Assembly (NCBI GenBank): GCA_951406725.2
Contig: OX597814.1
Span: 91,760,001 to 91,824,000 of the forward strand
DNA: 64,000 bases
Direction: 5' to 3'
DNA from: Octopus vulgaris
Taxonomy: Eukaryota
Shown here: positions 13,972 through 28,171 of the stretch, one piece after another
How the letters are laid out: each line of letters opens with the position of its first letter
Numbering within the stretch: position 1 is the first letter of the stretch
The notes under the pieces: model-generated
Seen by the model: only the letters and a program-made list of their open reading frames with translations
Told to the model about the DNA's origin: nothing
Database searches by the model: none
Translations under genes and position numbers: made by a program

Positions 13972-14200
13972 TAAAGTTAATCCAAACAAGAAAACACAGA
14001 AAAAAAGAAAAACACAGCAACGCAGGACGTGGAACAATTAAAGTATTATTGACGCTCAGGAAAGAAGGGAAGGAGGGTTTAACGTTTCGAGCGGAGCTCT
14101 TCGTCGGAAATAAGGAGAAGGAAAGATCCCAAGAAGGAAAGACAGAGGGAAAAATATTTGAGCTGGTGGTGCTCAAGAGATCACATGTTGAAAGAACAGA
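13972..14200 (-). mobile_element. Short non-coding HHR-bearing repeat (PLE pLTR-like); second copy ~43930-44113 (+)
   Basis: Both copies end GGATTAACT followed by (TA)n; minimal HHR at 14077-14111. Confidence 0.7.
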
Positions 14201-14795
14201 AGTTGAGAGGTAGTCGAATCGTGGTTTTTAAAAGCAAGAGAGTTTCAAAAAAGGAATGCGTGTGTGTGTGTGTGTGTGTGCAAGGATGACAAGTGTGTTT
14301 GTGCGTGCGTGTGTGTGTATTTTTGGTGAATAATAAGCAATGACAAAGTCAGCTGTCATAAGGCACTCCTTTATGACTACTAGCTGTTTGTATCAAGCCA
14401 GGTCAAAGCCAGGTCAAAAAACAAAGGGCTATATGTATCATGTGTGTGTGTTGTTTGTAGTGTGTGTGTGTGTGTGCATGTGTGTGTTCGTGTGTATATG
14501 CGTAGAGTGTGGGTGTGTGGCGAGTAACTGCTTAACCTAGTGCGTGTGTGCGTGTGTGCTTGTACGTGCGTGTGTGTGTGTAGGATGTATGTGTAGGTTC
14601 ATTTGTGTGAGAGTGTATGTATGTACGTGTATGTGTGTGCGTGTATGTGTGCGTTTGTATGTTTTTGTGTGTATGTGTGCGTGCGCGGGTAGGTGTATAT
14701 TGTGTATGTATATCTGTCGGTGTGTATGTGAGTTTGTGTGTGTTTGTACGTGTGTATGTGTGTGTGAGTGTATATATGTAAATGTGTGTGTGTGC

Positions 14796-14867
<72 letters not shown>

Positions 14868-14892
14868 GTATATATATATGTATATATATATG

Positions 14893-14972
<80 letters not shown>

Positions 14973-14990
14973 TATACATATATATATATA

Positions 14991-15829
14991 TATATTACAA
15001 TTCTGTTTCTGGGTGTGGCTGTGGAGTTGTTAGCTAACCTCTACACAGTTTTATGGATTTTGATGAAACTTCACACGTGAGTAGACCTCATGGCTGCAAA
15101 CCTCATGGAAAACTCAGGTTGTTGAAAAAAATTGATAATAGGGCCCATAGAAGGGATCCTTATATATATATATATCCAAGGGAAATAACCCATTCATTTT
15201 CCTAACTTATTTGGTATGAATCAAATTGAGTATGCCTATTTCTTAGTATTTGAACTGTTAGAGATATTTTCACAATTTATCCAGTACAACACTTAAACAA
15301 GTAAATACTATTTTCCTAAAGAATAGATCCAGTTATTTAGGTTAGTGACTTATTCAAGAATATATATACACTAGCCCCACTGAGGGTAATATTCCCTAGG
15401 AACGTACGAAAGTCCTTTTCTGAGTTATTTACTTTCAATTGCTATTATCTCATATCGGATTACCTTGTTATTACGTAACATACTTCACGATTCTAGATTG
15501 CATACCTTATTAGTATGTCCTCCTATATAATCTGTTCTATATAATCTGGGAACGCATTAAAGCCCTTTTCGGGACTACTTTTTTTGAATTCTTATCGAGT
15601 TTTCATGTTTTTATATAAGTGACTTCACAATTTGGGTATTCATAACTTACTGGGAATTCCTAAAAACAAGATCCTGTGTAAGAGAGTTAAGTATTCACTG
15701 TAAATGCACAAAAGCCGTTTTAAGGACTACATACTTTGTATTGATGTTATTGGATTAGCGAAACAATTATGAGAACGGAACCAAGAGATAAACCCCGCTT
15801 TCCCGGGAATTACCGGGTACGTCATCTAG
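14991..15829 (+). mobile_element. Non-autonomous Helitron
   Basis: 3' hairpin CCCGG-GAATTA-CCGGG (15802-15817), 8 nt, then CTAG|T at 15826-15830; internal GATTTTGATGAAACTT motif; 5' end buried in (TA)n. Confidence 0.7.
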
Positions 15830-15951
15830 TATATATATACAACGGGCTTCTTTCAGCTTCCATCTTCCAAATCCACTCACAAGGCTTTGGTCGGCCCGAG
15901 GCTATACACGCACACAGATTACACACACATACACACACAGATATATATAAA

Positions 15952-16297
15952 TAGGGGCAGGAGTGGCTGTCTGGCAAGTGGCTTACTCACCAACCACATG
16001 CTTCCGGGTTCAGTCCTACAGCGTGGAATCTTGGCCAAGTATCTTATACTATAACCTCGGGCCGACCAAAGCCTTGTGAGTGGATTTGGTAGACGGAAAC
16101 TGAAAGAAGCCCGCCGTATATATATACGTGCGTGGTTGTCAACCCACTATCGCTCGACAATAGATGTTGATGTGTTTACCTCTCTGTAACTTAGCGGTTC
16201 GCCAAGAACCGATAGAGTAAGTACTAGGCTTGCAAAAGACTGTACTCCAGCATGGCCGCAGTCAAATGACTGACATAAATAAAAGAATAAAAGAATA
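15952..16297 (+). mobile_element. SINE family C (GGCGCAGGAGTGGCTGTGTGGTAAG head, internal microsatellite, AAAAGAGT/AAAAGAAT tail)
   Basis: Homologous to 44145-44546, 44551-47004, 56221-56592 and 59676-60088. Confidence 0.85.
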
Positions 16298-16300
16298 TAT

Positions 16301-16522
16301 ATAAGGGGATGTTTAAAAGTTCTTGGTCATGAGTAAAAGAAAGTACAGGAAGATCAGTTAATTATGATTTTATTCAACATATTTCCCTCACAGATTCACA
16401 CACTTATTGCTGCAGTCCTTCAGTTTTCTAAGCCCTATTAAAGAAATCGGAAGTTTGGGCCTCGAGCGAAGCCCTTTCGAGAAGCCTTTAAAGCCAATAA
16501 CTTTTCTGCCCCACTCCTACGT
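16301..16522. mobile_element. Tc1/mariner-type MITE
   Basis: Degenerate TIRs AGGGGATGTTTAAAAGTTCTTGG / CCAATAACTTTTCTGCCCCACT flanked by TA; internal piece duplicated at ~16972-17024. Confidence 0.55.
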
Positions 16523-16655
16523 ATATGTATGTGTGTGTGTATGTGTATATATATATATATGTATGTATGCATGTATGTATGTATATGTGTGTGTGTATAT
16601 ATATACATGTATGTATATATATATATGTATGTATGTATGTATGTATATATATATG

Positions 16656-16715
<60 letters not shown>

Positions 16716-18708
16716 ATATATATCCTTTACAAAGAAATCTTTATGCAATCACAATATCTAAAGACAGATTTTCTTAAATTAACGATTAGCAATTATATTT
16801 CAAAATATCTGTAATAAAATGTAACAAGAGAAAGTAGAATGATACGAACCTTGTAGACGGAAGTTTTCTTATTAAGAAAGTAACCGCTTTCGCAGCTCTC
16901 TTCTTATCAGCCACGACTAATTGGGAAATCCACGTAAAGGAATTTGCTTTAAGTGACTAGTTTTTTTAAGTGATCAGTTAATTATGATTTTATTCAACAT
17001 ATTTCCCTCACAGATTCACACACTTTTATAATGTCTTGTTTAGTTTCGGATTTAGAATTCTTATAATTCATTCCTATTTTGCCTTTCCTAGTTTGCCATT
17101 TCTTACTTTACCTTTTCTAACTTTACCTATATGTTAACTAGATGGAACGTTTCTAAGAAATGTATATTTGAACCATTGTTTATGGAATGTATCTTGGTGT
17201 ATTTATTTTGATAAAGTTCAACCGATATAATTTGTCTGGCATTGTGAAGCAGTAAACAAAATTTTTCGGTTTCCAATTCATATTTGTATCAACCTTCAAT
17301 TCCTTCTCTTTCTTGAAATTGTTATTTACTTTGTGCGCTGGAACAAGTATAAACAAGACAAACTAAAGAACTCGATGTTATAACAGTGAGAAAATTAGAT
17401 TTTATAAAGAAAACGTTTAAAGATGAAATGCAACAAATGTATAGTTTGCTTCCGCTCTGAACTAGAGTTCACCATAGTACTTACTAAGAACACGAGGCCA
17501 AATCTGTACAAACCGTTATAGGGTGGTGGTTTGCGTTGTTACCGAGTAATAGTTTCTTGTCTTCATGTGCATAATTTAAAATGATCATGAGTAGAACAAT
17601 TGCATTTTTTATGAAAGAAATATCTATCCTGGAAAGTTATATATTGCATGTTAAATATTCCGAAGATGCCAATGATGTAAGGGAATAAAAATATTTTATT
17701 GGATATTAAGAAATCTCAGATAGCTATTAATGTGTACCTAGAAAGGGATAAAGAATTTTGCGAATATTTTAGTGCCATGGCAAAAGCAATGATAAAAGGT
17801 GTATTAGTGATGTATAACTTTAAATGTTATTTTATTTTATTTAATAAATTGGTTATTCTATTAAGTGTGTTTGTACAAATATAAGTAAAGTAAATTAAGA
17901 GAGACTATTGTGTTGTGACAACAGTGGTTGCTAATTGGAAGAATTTGAAGCATATTATTATGCAACAATTGCAAAATTGTAGTGAAAATCCTAGGAATTC
18001 ACTTGGCTATCTAATGAAGGAATAGAGATGCTTTTAATTACGAAATTATACATTTTCTAGCGAAGAAATTAATGGGTTTGCAGTGGTAGGATTTTATTTT
18101 TAAATATGCTTAATATGTGCTTAATGCGATGGTCTCAAGAGAGTCGTTATTAAGACTGATGGGATTGATTAAGCATTCCAGATGCTATTCACCATGAGAA
18201 GTGAATAGATGATTTAGAGTACGTGTTTATTTGCAACGTTGCTAGAGGCTGTCAAAATGACATGTTAGTAATTTTTAAATTACCATAATCCGCATGACAG
18301 AGTAGATGCGTATGAAGGTACATGTGAGAAATTGCGCATGAGAGCGTCGTGGAGTTCCCATTTAATATGAAAATACCGATGTGCAAACAAACTTACACGC
18401 ACATACAACCACGCAAACATATATACAAACGTACACGCGCGCACACCCTCACGCATACACACGCATACACACAGCAAAACAAGAAAGAGCATGTAAGAAT
18501 CATTCAACTACGGTAATAATTGGATATATTCTTAAAGCCGCAATTTAATCACACGCAGCCTCTTTCAGATCTTGTCGCTAATTCAGTTCTTAAACAAATT
18601 GAAAACTGATAGCATTTTTTAAAAGGACTGGTCCCTAGCTACATTTTGGCATTAAAAAATTCATATTTCATCCAGTAGAAAATAGTTTAAATCAAAATTT
18701 GTAGCAAC

Positions 18709-18774
<66 letters not shown>

Positions 18775-19603
18775 TGTGTTGTGTGTGTGTGCGCGAGAGA
18801 GAGAGAGAGAGAGAGAGAGAGTGTGTGTGTGTGTGTGTGTGTGTGTAATTTTAATTAAGTACCTATAAAAGGCCATAGATAATGGTTTGAAATCCATCGC
18901 CGTTTTCAGCATTTCTCAGTACATTTCAGAAATCAAAAGCATACATATAGAAGAACATAATTATATAGATACATAGAATGATGCATAGATACAGACATGG
19001 CAAAAGAAAGATAGACACATACATTACACACACACACACACACTGAGATGGGCACACACATACATACACACACACACGTATTTTTAAGAAGACATGCATA
19101 CGTATTTACATGCTTACATATCTTCAAATATAAAACAGGCATCTATTCAGAAAGATACCATATCTCAGAAATCTATTTTTAACTCTAGCTTCCTTCTTTG
19201 ACTGGTTCTTTTCTACGTTAAGCTTTTAATGTTTAATTTCGAATCGATAGTTTTCTTTATTGTTGTTATTCATGAACATATGTGTAGTTTTGTCCTTGGT
19301 TGCAGAAATTTCGGTGAGTTTTTCGCGGCGCATCGGTTTTTAATGTACACACACAAACACACACACACACACACACAAACACGCAGATATATGTATATGA
19401 TTCAAATTATGGCACAAGGCCAGCAATTTAGGGAAAGGGTCAAGTCTATTTCATCGGATTATTTTATTGATCCCGAAAGGATGAAGGCCAAGTAGACTTC
19501 GACGGAATTTGAACTCAGCGCATAGAGACAAATGAAAGGCTACTAAACATTCTGCCTGATGTAGTAAAGATTTTGCAAGCTCGCTTTACATGTACAATCA
19601 CTC

Positions 19604-19634
<31 letters not shown>

Positions 19635-19676
19635 AACTCATTCCCTGACACACACACGCATACACTCACACACACA

Positions 19677-19707
<31 letters not shown>

Positions 19708-19782
19708 TCTTTTTCCTCCTTCTTCTTCTTCTTCTTCTTCTTCTTCTTCTTCTTCTTCTTCTTCTTCCCTACCAAGAATTCC

Positions 19783-20016
19783 CAACGACCTCGAACCCGC
19801 AAGAGTAAACAAGAGAGACAGAGACAGGCAGAAAGAAGGAAAATGCCCCTTGTATTTAAATACTATGGAAATATTCTTTAAAAAATTTTTATTTTAGTTT
19901 TTCCAAAATTTAATTGTTTTCCATAATTACAGTTGAAAAAGACTCAATGACTGAAACCGATACTAAAATGTCTTTTATAAAATTATTTTAGCATTTTCTA
20001 GCTTGACTTTTTTCCA
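19783..20016 (+). mobile_element. ~240-bp non-coding repeat with U3:A8 HHR motif; second copy ~39042-39276
   Basis: The two copies align over their length and both end CCA-(TA)n; HHR at 19926-19968 and 39188-39227. Confidence 0.7.
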
Positions 20017-20090
20017 TATATATATATATATATATATCAGCTCGTTTGTTCCTTTTCAACTTTATATATATATATATATATATATATAAA

Positions 20091-21052
20091 TTAATAAATA
20101 AAATATATGCATACATACATATATATACGTACGTATCTACATCTACATGTATATATACATGCATATATAAATATATATATGTGAGTACAGGACACCATAA
20201 ATAGACGTAGAACTCAGCGAGAGACGAAAACGTAAAAACAAACATGGAAACGGACATTTTTTTAACAACGAAAGAACAGAGTACAAGACAAACAATACAA
20301 GGAAAATTCCCCTTAATCAGCTGCGTGTTTCGAAGGTAAGGACAGAACACGACTCGTCGAACTAGCCATTCCTGCGAAAGAATTAAATAAAATTCCTTTG
20401 CAGGGGGGTAAAAACAAGGAAAGAAAAAAATGTGACAAAAACAGGACGTAAAAACAATACAAATAAAAAAACAAATACAAAATAAAAATACAAATACAAA
20501 AAAATACAGTACAAGTAAAGATTAAAAGCAGGACAAGGAAACAAACATTGAGGGCCTTTTTTTAGCCGAGACGATGGAAAAATTCAAGAGTGCAGGAAAA
20601 AAGCATGTTCACTTGTAGGAGGCCGCCAGCGAAAGGAAGTGGTCGACTCGGCTGTGTGAGAGATGAGGAGAAGTGAAAGGGAGAGAGAGATAGAGAGGAA
20701 AGGAAACAAGAAAGAGTGAAAAATAAGAAAGAGAGAGACAGGCAAAGAGGAAGACAGACAGGAGGAAGGGAAGATCAAGCAAAGGGTGACAGAGTTTCGC
20801 GTCATAATTATATATAAAAACTTACTTGGAGAACAGAAAAGAAACGAAACGACGCGAGGGCGCTCAGTCATGCAATAAATTAATAAATAAAATATATGCA
20901 TACATACATACATATATGTACGTACGTACATCTACATGTATATATACATGCATATATAAATATATATGTTTGAGTACATGACACCACAAATAGACGTAGA
21001 ACTCAACGAGAAACGAAAACGTAAAAACAAACATGGAAACGGACTTTTTTTA
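20091..21052. repeat. Element bounded by ~170-bp direct repeats (20091-20262 and 20880-21052), pLTR-like
   Basis: TAATAAATAAAATATATGC...AAACATGGAAACGGAC present twice; left end abuts (TA)n. Confidence 0.65.
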
Positions 21053-21189
21053 ATACATAAAATACAAATAATAAAATGGAGAAACAAATTTAGTTTGTTC
21101 ATCATTTTTCGGATATTGGAATGTTGAATTATTTATTCATTTAAAAAAATGAGAACCTTAATAGCATATATATATATATATTTTATAAT

Positions 21190-22800
21190 TCAATACATAT
21201 AAGATTGTGTGAATGGACTATATGTGGCTTTGTTTGGGAAAACGAGTAGGATGTTTGTGTTGTGTGTACGTGTGGTATGAGTGCGGGCTTTGGTTGACTT
21301 TTTTTGGTGGCTTCTTTGTTTGGGGTAACGGAATATGATTTTTGTGGTTTGTATGTTTATGTTGTGGATGCGGGTTTTGGTTGTCTTTGGTGGTCTTTTT
21401 TATGAATGCGAGGGGCGTACCTTTCATTTTTAATCTCTTGACTATTGTCCATCCGTCGTCGCTCTCCTCGAGCCAAGTTGGTGGTGGTTGCTTTGGGGTG
21501 TCCTTCATGGTGTTTTTCTCTTCGCTTTGGGGGACCTTTGATGTAGGCTGCCTTATAGTGGTGTTGGTTGGCTTCTTTTTTACTTTCGGGTTGTTAGTTT
21601 GTTGTAGATTAAGAGGTTGTTTCGTTGTGGTGCTGGTCGACTTTCTTTTTCTCTTTCGGGTCGTCAGTCTGTGAGGGTTTGGTGGGTTGTTCCATTATGG
21701 AGCCTATTGACTTCCTTTTGCCTTTCTTCGGCTCGTCAGTTTGTGGTGGTTTGATGGACTGTTTCATCGTGATCCTGGTTGTCTCCCTCTTGCTTTCTTT
21801 CGGATCGTCAGACTGTGGTGGGTTGCTAGGTGGAGGGGGTGCTTCTGGTTGTAGGACCTGTGTGCATGTGTTTTTTTTATGTGACCCTTTTGCCCACACT
21901 TAAAGCTCCTTGGATTTCTTCCCTCCACTATGAGTCTTGGTATGGTGTCATCCGACCGTGTTATTTTCTCTGATATTTCTTCCAAGTTCCTCTGGGTGGC
22001 CTGGATTATTAGCTCCAGACCTTGGCCTCAACCTGTTTTGTTGATGTAGCTCTATGACTTGCAATATGGAAATGCTACTTTCCATGGAAATGCTTCTTTC
22101 CAAGTCAAGTAAGACAGTCCCCACAAGTCACATCACGTCGATTTCCGGTAAGACCTCCCGTATTTTTATTTTTGAAGTACGCCGACTAGATTACGTGGGT
22201 CGCAGCACCAACTCGTTTGTCTTCAAAGGCACTGTGGAGTGTTCCTTTGCTTCTTCTTCAGAACCGAACCTTACTTCCACAGTACTGCATTTCCCCCCTT
22301 GCTACAGAAGTTGTTTTATCCCATATTGGGCTGTAGACCTTTTTCGATACTTTCTTTTGGCAGGTGTTCCATTTCTCTCGTTTTGAGTGACATAGTTTTA
22401 AAAATTATACTTTTCCGTATTGTCTGTTGCATTATCTCGCTGGAAGGTGTCAGGTTTATTTTCGTGCCATCTCTCTTTAACAGGTTTATAGCCCATTTGT
22501 TTATCTCGGCTACAGGCGCAAACACGTGCTTGTAGTTTTCGGTTGTAAATCATTGCTTTTGCTGGTGGTAGAATTTGAAATACTTGTGGTTTGTTTTTTT
22601 CTATTTTTTTCAATGAGTGAGAGGCGGGAAAGCTTCATCGTACACATCTGGCATGTGGGCGTTGTTTTCCATTAGTTTGAATTCCATAGTAACATCGGCA
22701 TGTTGCTTATTGTCCATCAGATCTATTGTTAGTAGAATCGCCCGCAGTGGAGCAAACTTACCAGTCTCCGCGAAACGTCAACCGCTAAGCGTAGTTGAAT
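21190..22800 (-). mobile_element. L1/Tx1-type ORF1 (gag-like, zinc knuckle) relic without ORF2
   Basis: TVEVRFGSEEEAKEHSTVPLKTNELVL and RLIVEGRNPRSFKCGQKGHIKK, homologous to the 28.2-31.5 kb elements. Confidence 0.7.
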
Positions 22801-22935
22801 TAAAGGGACAGCATTAAAAAAGCACAATAGTCACATGCACACACATACATGCGTGCGTGCCTGTATGCGTATCTATGCATGTGTATGTTCTTAAAGACTG
22901 ACAGATGCATGTATGTATGTATGTATGTATGTAGG

Positions 22936-23038
<103 letters not shown>

Positions 23039-23763
23039 TTGTATGTATATATATGTATATATATATATATATATATAAATATACACATATACACACACAT
23101 GTGTGTATGTGTGTGTGTATTTTTGTATATGTATATAATTAAATTCATATTATATTTCGAAAGTTTCATGGCATAATATTAGTCTGTAAATAAATAATTT
23201 ATATAGCACTTAAACAAAGTTCTATTTTCAGGTAACCCATTTAGCGTACGGGTTCTGCAAAGAGAAAATAGGCATTTTCATCAAGTTATATGTTTGGTAA
23301 TTTGTAAACATATGTGTTCTGCATTATTCTATTTCCAATGCCACAGGTTACGTCTTTTGATTGGCAGGGCTTTCTGTCAGAAATTCATTCTGTTCCGAGT
23401 TTGAATTAAACGAATATTTCCACATGTCTAAATTTTAAGGCCAGTTAAGTGGATATATTATACGAAGTATTTTAATGCTTTTAACATCAATTGACGCCTC
23501 CCTCGACATATTTACTCATATTATTTATAATTACAAATCATTTCATTAATTTTCAATTCTGTGTCTAATGTTTATTAGTTGCAATTGATCTTGATTCGGA
23601 TTTGTCAGTCAGCCACACTTTCTGTGAAATATTGAGCGTATACAAGTAAATATCACAGTTCTTTTCGTCCTTTTTGGACCGCTAATAATGGCTCCAGATA
23701 GTTATAAACTACTGCTTTGCATTGCAATATCACGTTGTACAAGGTCTCCATTTGAACTCGTCA

Positions 23764-23826
<63 letters not shown>

Positions 23827-24658
23827 CATAAATTAGAGAAAAACTGTTATTATGTTATTCAAACAATGATTGACATAAACCAAATCATAAATTAAAAAAA
23901 TATATATTTTAAAACATATAACTAGATCACAAAAAGTACAAAGATGAATAAATAAAAAGACTACGTATGTTACATGGTTATAATTTAAATTCGAATTACA
24001 ATTAAATTTAAACTTAATCGGAAAACAATTCAATTTAAAAATATAGTCACTCCTCAGGCCAACAATGATAACAATAATAGTTAAATAAATAATCAAATAG
24101 AATTAAAGAATATTTCTTAAAGAAATAAAATCATGATTGTTGTTATAGAAGAAACTCCATTAACTAAACTTGAAACTTAAAACATTAGAACCAGGTGCCT
24201 ATAATACATTTATAATGTTAAATATTTAAGGTAAAAGATAGAGTAAATAGGCAGATAAATGTATTTAATTTAGCCTGAAGTAAAAACATTAATAAACAAT
24301 AGAATATATTTAAACTATCTATACACTATTTTAATTCAGAAACTATTTTACAAAGCAATAACACTTAATACTTTTAGATTTTAATTCACACATAATAATT
24401 ATAAAATAATAAAATTATATAAAATTACGTATCTAAATTATAATCAACAAATATAGAAATTAGGAATCCATATTTTTTCAATCAATAAACATATAAATAA
24501 ATAAATAAATAAATTACTCCATTATTACTTAAATAAATATTATATAAATAAATATTATAGATATCATTCCGAAAATATTAATGAAATATAAAAATTAAAA
24601 AATCCAGAGCTAAAAACGTATTTCTTATCGTTTATAAAATTATTTGCGAAAAAAGTAC

Positions 24659-24741
<83 letters not shown>

Positions 24742-24762
24742 TTTATTTTTATTATTATTATT
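24659..24762. repeat. (ATT)n microsatellite
   Basis: Direct read. Confidence 0.95.
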
Positions 24763-25910
24763 AACAGTACTAAAAATATAATAAAAACCTTTACTTATAC
24801 TAAAAAATAATTTACAATCTCAATCACAAAGTGACAAACTAATAAATTTACAATTTAAGTTCAGATATAAAAATCATAAAATAATAATAATTAAATAAAT
24901 GTACATATCTAAATTATCACTAACAAATAAAAAAAAAAGAAATTCATATTTATCAATACTTATATAGATTACATTATTATTTCTTAAATAAAAATATATA
25001 CTTATTTCTCCGAAGATGTATTATGAATTATGTAAATTAAATAAGAATCTTCCCATAATATTGATGTTTCGACAAAAAGCGGGATAGATTTTCCTGACTC
25101 ACCGTATAGAGAGTTTGTGCACTTCTCTAGAGATAAGCCACGCCTGGTTTAATTTGCGAAATACTATCATAGATCAGCTACTCGTATAGTAGTCGAGAAT
25201 CAGGTTTGTATTGCTGCAGTTTAATTTTGCACTGTTAAATTGATGAAGGCTTGTTACCAATTAAACAATACGTATAAGAAACAGCATAAATCAGAAAAAC
25301 TGAAATATATTAGAGATTATACAGAGCACTCTGAATTAAATACAATAAATATAAATACTTTCTTTCTGCACTATTGATATAGAGTAAAGTGGTAGTCTCA
25401 TTTAAAAAGCAGTTGTAAGTTAACCAGGCACCGTAGTAAGCAACGTGATTTACATATTCCTGCTCTTATTTAACTCAGTGCTGCTTTATAATATTCGATT
25501 TTTTTCCTGTTTTTCTTATACACGCTGTGTTGTGCATGGATTTTTATTGTTCAATAAATGACGAGCCGTCAAAAGCAAATTATACAAAGTACGATGTCCA
25601 CCCCCATGCTACTCATATTTATAACAACTGCAAATATATATTATCGAGATTATTGATTGTAGACGGAATCCGGTTACGTCTTCTCCGAGAAGCAGTCAAC
25701 AAACCGTTAAAATATTCTTCAGGTGATTGTTTTTTGGGGTTTTGTTTTGTCTTTTTTCGCTACATTAATAGTATTGAAAGAACATACATTCTTAATTAAC
25801 CCATCTGCTCTGTAACCGCATAATATATATGTTATGCCATCAAATCCGTTCCTTTTATATATATTTTAGATGTTGTGCAGTGAAAAGGCACATTTTCATG
25901 TAATTATTAG

Positions 25911-27238
25911 TAGGGTGTGTCAATTTTAATAACTTTAAAAAAATTTTATTTAGTAGTGAAATTATTGTACCATTTTACTCCCAGACTTAGGATATATATA
26001 TATATACCAAAATGGATTAACATAACTCTAACCTACATCAATTTTATCCTGAAGATTTATATGAAAAACTGATTAGACTCAAAATATCACTCTTATATTA
26101 TCTTTCAATCGGGTAAATGAATCTTACATTATATTTTAATTGGTTAAATGAATTCGTTAAATGATTTTTTACTATTTTCAGATATTCACAAGATGTTAAC
26201 GCTGAAGACTAGAGGCCAGATGTCATCCCACTTGAGCCTATTAATTGGCACAGGACAAGACAAGAACTTCCTGTATCAGAGCTTCCAATAGTAAGAAACA
26301 TTTTAAGACTTGGGTTACTACTTCGGGAACAAAATTCCAAGAACCAGAGGAACTATACAGATAAGGAACTCATACATGATATAATACCCTATCTTCTGCG
26401 CCAGTGGACAAACGCTAATTCACAACTCAAACCGCTAGCAATCATATAGTGTCGAAAAATTGAGCTAAAACTAATGGGATTGTGGCGGAAAGCAGTACAC
26501 AGATCACTTGGTAAAGGAAACTTGGCAATGTAAAATGTTTTTCTACACTCACTTGTTATAGTGTTCGATACACTGTATCGAGCTACAAGTGTTCCATAAT
26601 ATTGTGTTCAAAAGAAGATTGTTCTCCCACTGGTAAAAGAGGAAATTATTCCCGCATTGACTGTTGTTGCCCTCGTGAAAAGAGAAATACCTTTTCTAGA
26701 GCTAGATTACTATCAAGGTGTTTGGGTTGGTTGATTTGTGTTCTGAGGCCTTGGAACCACCATTGACTACATACTTAACTAGTAGGAATCTCACAAGTTT
26801 TAAAGACACACCAATGATAGTACCAAAATGGCCGGCCATCACACACCCAAAGTGTTGAGAAGCGTGTTACAATGGTCACTGAAGCTGCGAGTCACGCGAA
26901 GTGAGAGGGTTACATCAAACCACAATCAGTCAGTCGGCAACTGATGAAAAGGAGCAACAGCAAGAAGGATGTGAAGGCTTTGCTTACTTTTAAATAGTGT
27001 ATTGGAACATATTCTTGTATATACAAAACTTCAAACAGAAAGATGCTAGTGAAAACCAATTATGTTCAAAATTGTCAAAACATATAAATTTCAAAGTCAT
27101 ACTGATGTAGTTAAGAATTATTTAAAATTGCTTTCCTTTCCAGAATTATACTTTATATGCTAAAGGGCAACGACAAATCACTACCAGAATTAAAGTTTAT
27201 GAAATTTCCTATTTACTCCCCAAAATTGATACATACTA
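25911..27238 (+). mobile_element. Internally deleted hAT-superfamily (hATm-like) DNA transposon
   Basis: TIRs TAGGGTGTGTCAATTTT / AAAATTGATACATACTA (13/17); transposase remnants ELPVSELPIVRNILRLGLLLRE and HTQSVE.RVTMVTEAAS. Confidence 0.6.
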
Positions 27239-27418
27239 TAATAATAGTTCATTTCCATTGACCTTCAAACCTACACACAGACACACAAAAACGCACATGC
27301 ACACACATACAAACATACACTCAGAGTGTGAGTGAGAGAGACAATATTATCTATCTCGCGTCGATAAACAACTTTCACTGTTAAATTACTCCCTTCTTTC
27401 CCTCTTTCCCTCTTTCTC

Positions 27419-27457
<39 letters not shown>

Positions 27458-27832
27458 GCTTGTAAGTTTATCCTACCCATCGAATTATCTTATGTTTTGC
27501 CACCAAAATTTTCTTTGCTTCACATCGATCTTTCTAATAATTTCTGATAACTGATATTGATACCTGTGGCCTAAACAAATCTGTCAAACATTTGATATTT
27601 ATTTTTGTCATTATTTCATTTTATCCCATCATTCATAAACTTTATTCGTACATAACTCCAAATTCACGCACCATCTCATTCTTTCTCTCTTTCTTTCTTT
27701 TTTTCTTTCTTTTCCTTTCTTTCTTCCTCTCTTTCTTTCTTATTTTCTCCCCACCTCTCTCGCTCTCTCTTATTTACACACCCAAACACGTATTTATATA
27801 TCTATCTTCTCCGTTTATAGACACCTTAACCC

Positions 27833-28171
27833 TTATTACTTCCGCCTTCACTAGGGTAGAGGTATTATTTTCAGTCGTGTTCCTTTGTTTGTCCGTGGAG
27901 AAGATATCTCAAGAACCGCTGAATGGATTCGAATGAAACTTTTAGGGATATTTGGCCTCGTGACTGGCATGAATTGATTAGATTGTGGGATTGATCTAGT
28001 ACCGGAGAAGGATTCTGAATTATTTTTCCTGTTTATTTCACTTTTTTTGAGTTTTGAGAGCGATCGGGTTCATTTTTAGTATTCTCGTTTGTGAGCGCCG
28101 TCGAGTTTATTTCAGATATTTTTATTTTAAAAATCATCTCCGGCTAATTGTTGAGAGGACGTTAGTGTTGT
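27833..28171 (+). mobile_element. Helentron-associated (HINE/DINE-like) non-autonomous element, interrupted near its 3' end
   Basis: TTATTACTTCCGCC start, short stem, GTTTGTCCG tract and GATATCTCAAGAACCGCTGAATGGATT.GAATGAAACTT core. Confidence 0.6.

Noticed and set aside
20300-20370. Possible HHR in the direct-repeat-bounded element
   Set aside because: CGAAAC is present on (-), but no correctly placed intact core or stems
23830-24960. Very AT-rich tract resembling a NUMT or code-4 membrane protein gene on (-)
   Set aside because: The frame I translated (24300-23830) has many TAA/TAG stops even with TGA read as Trp; no mitochondrial motif recognised
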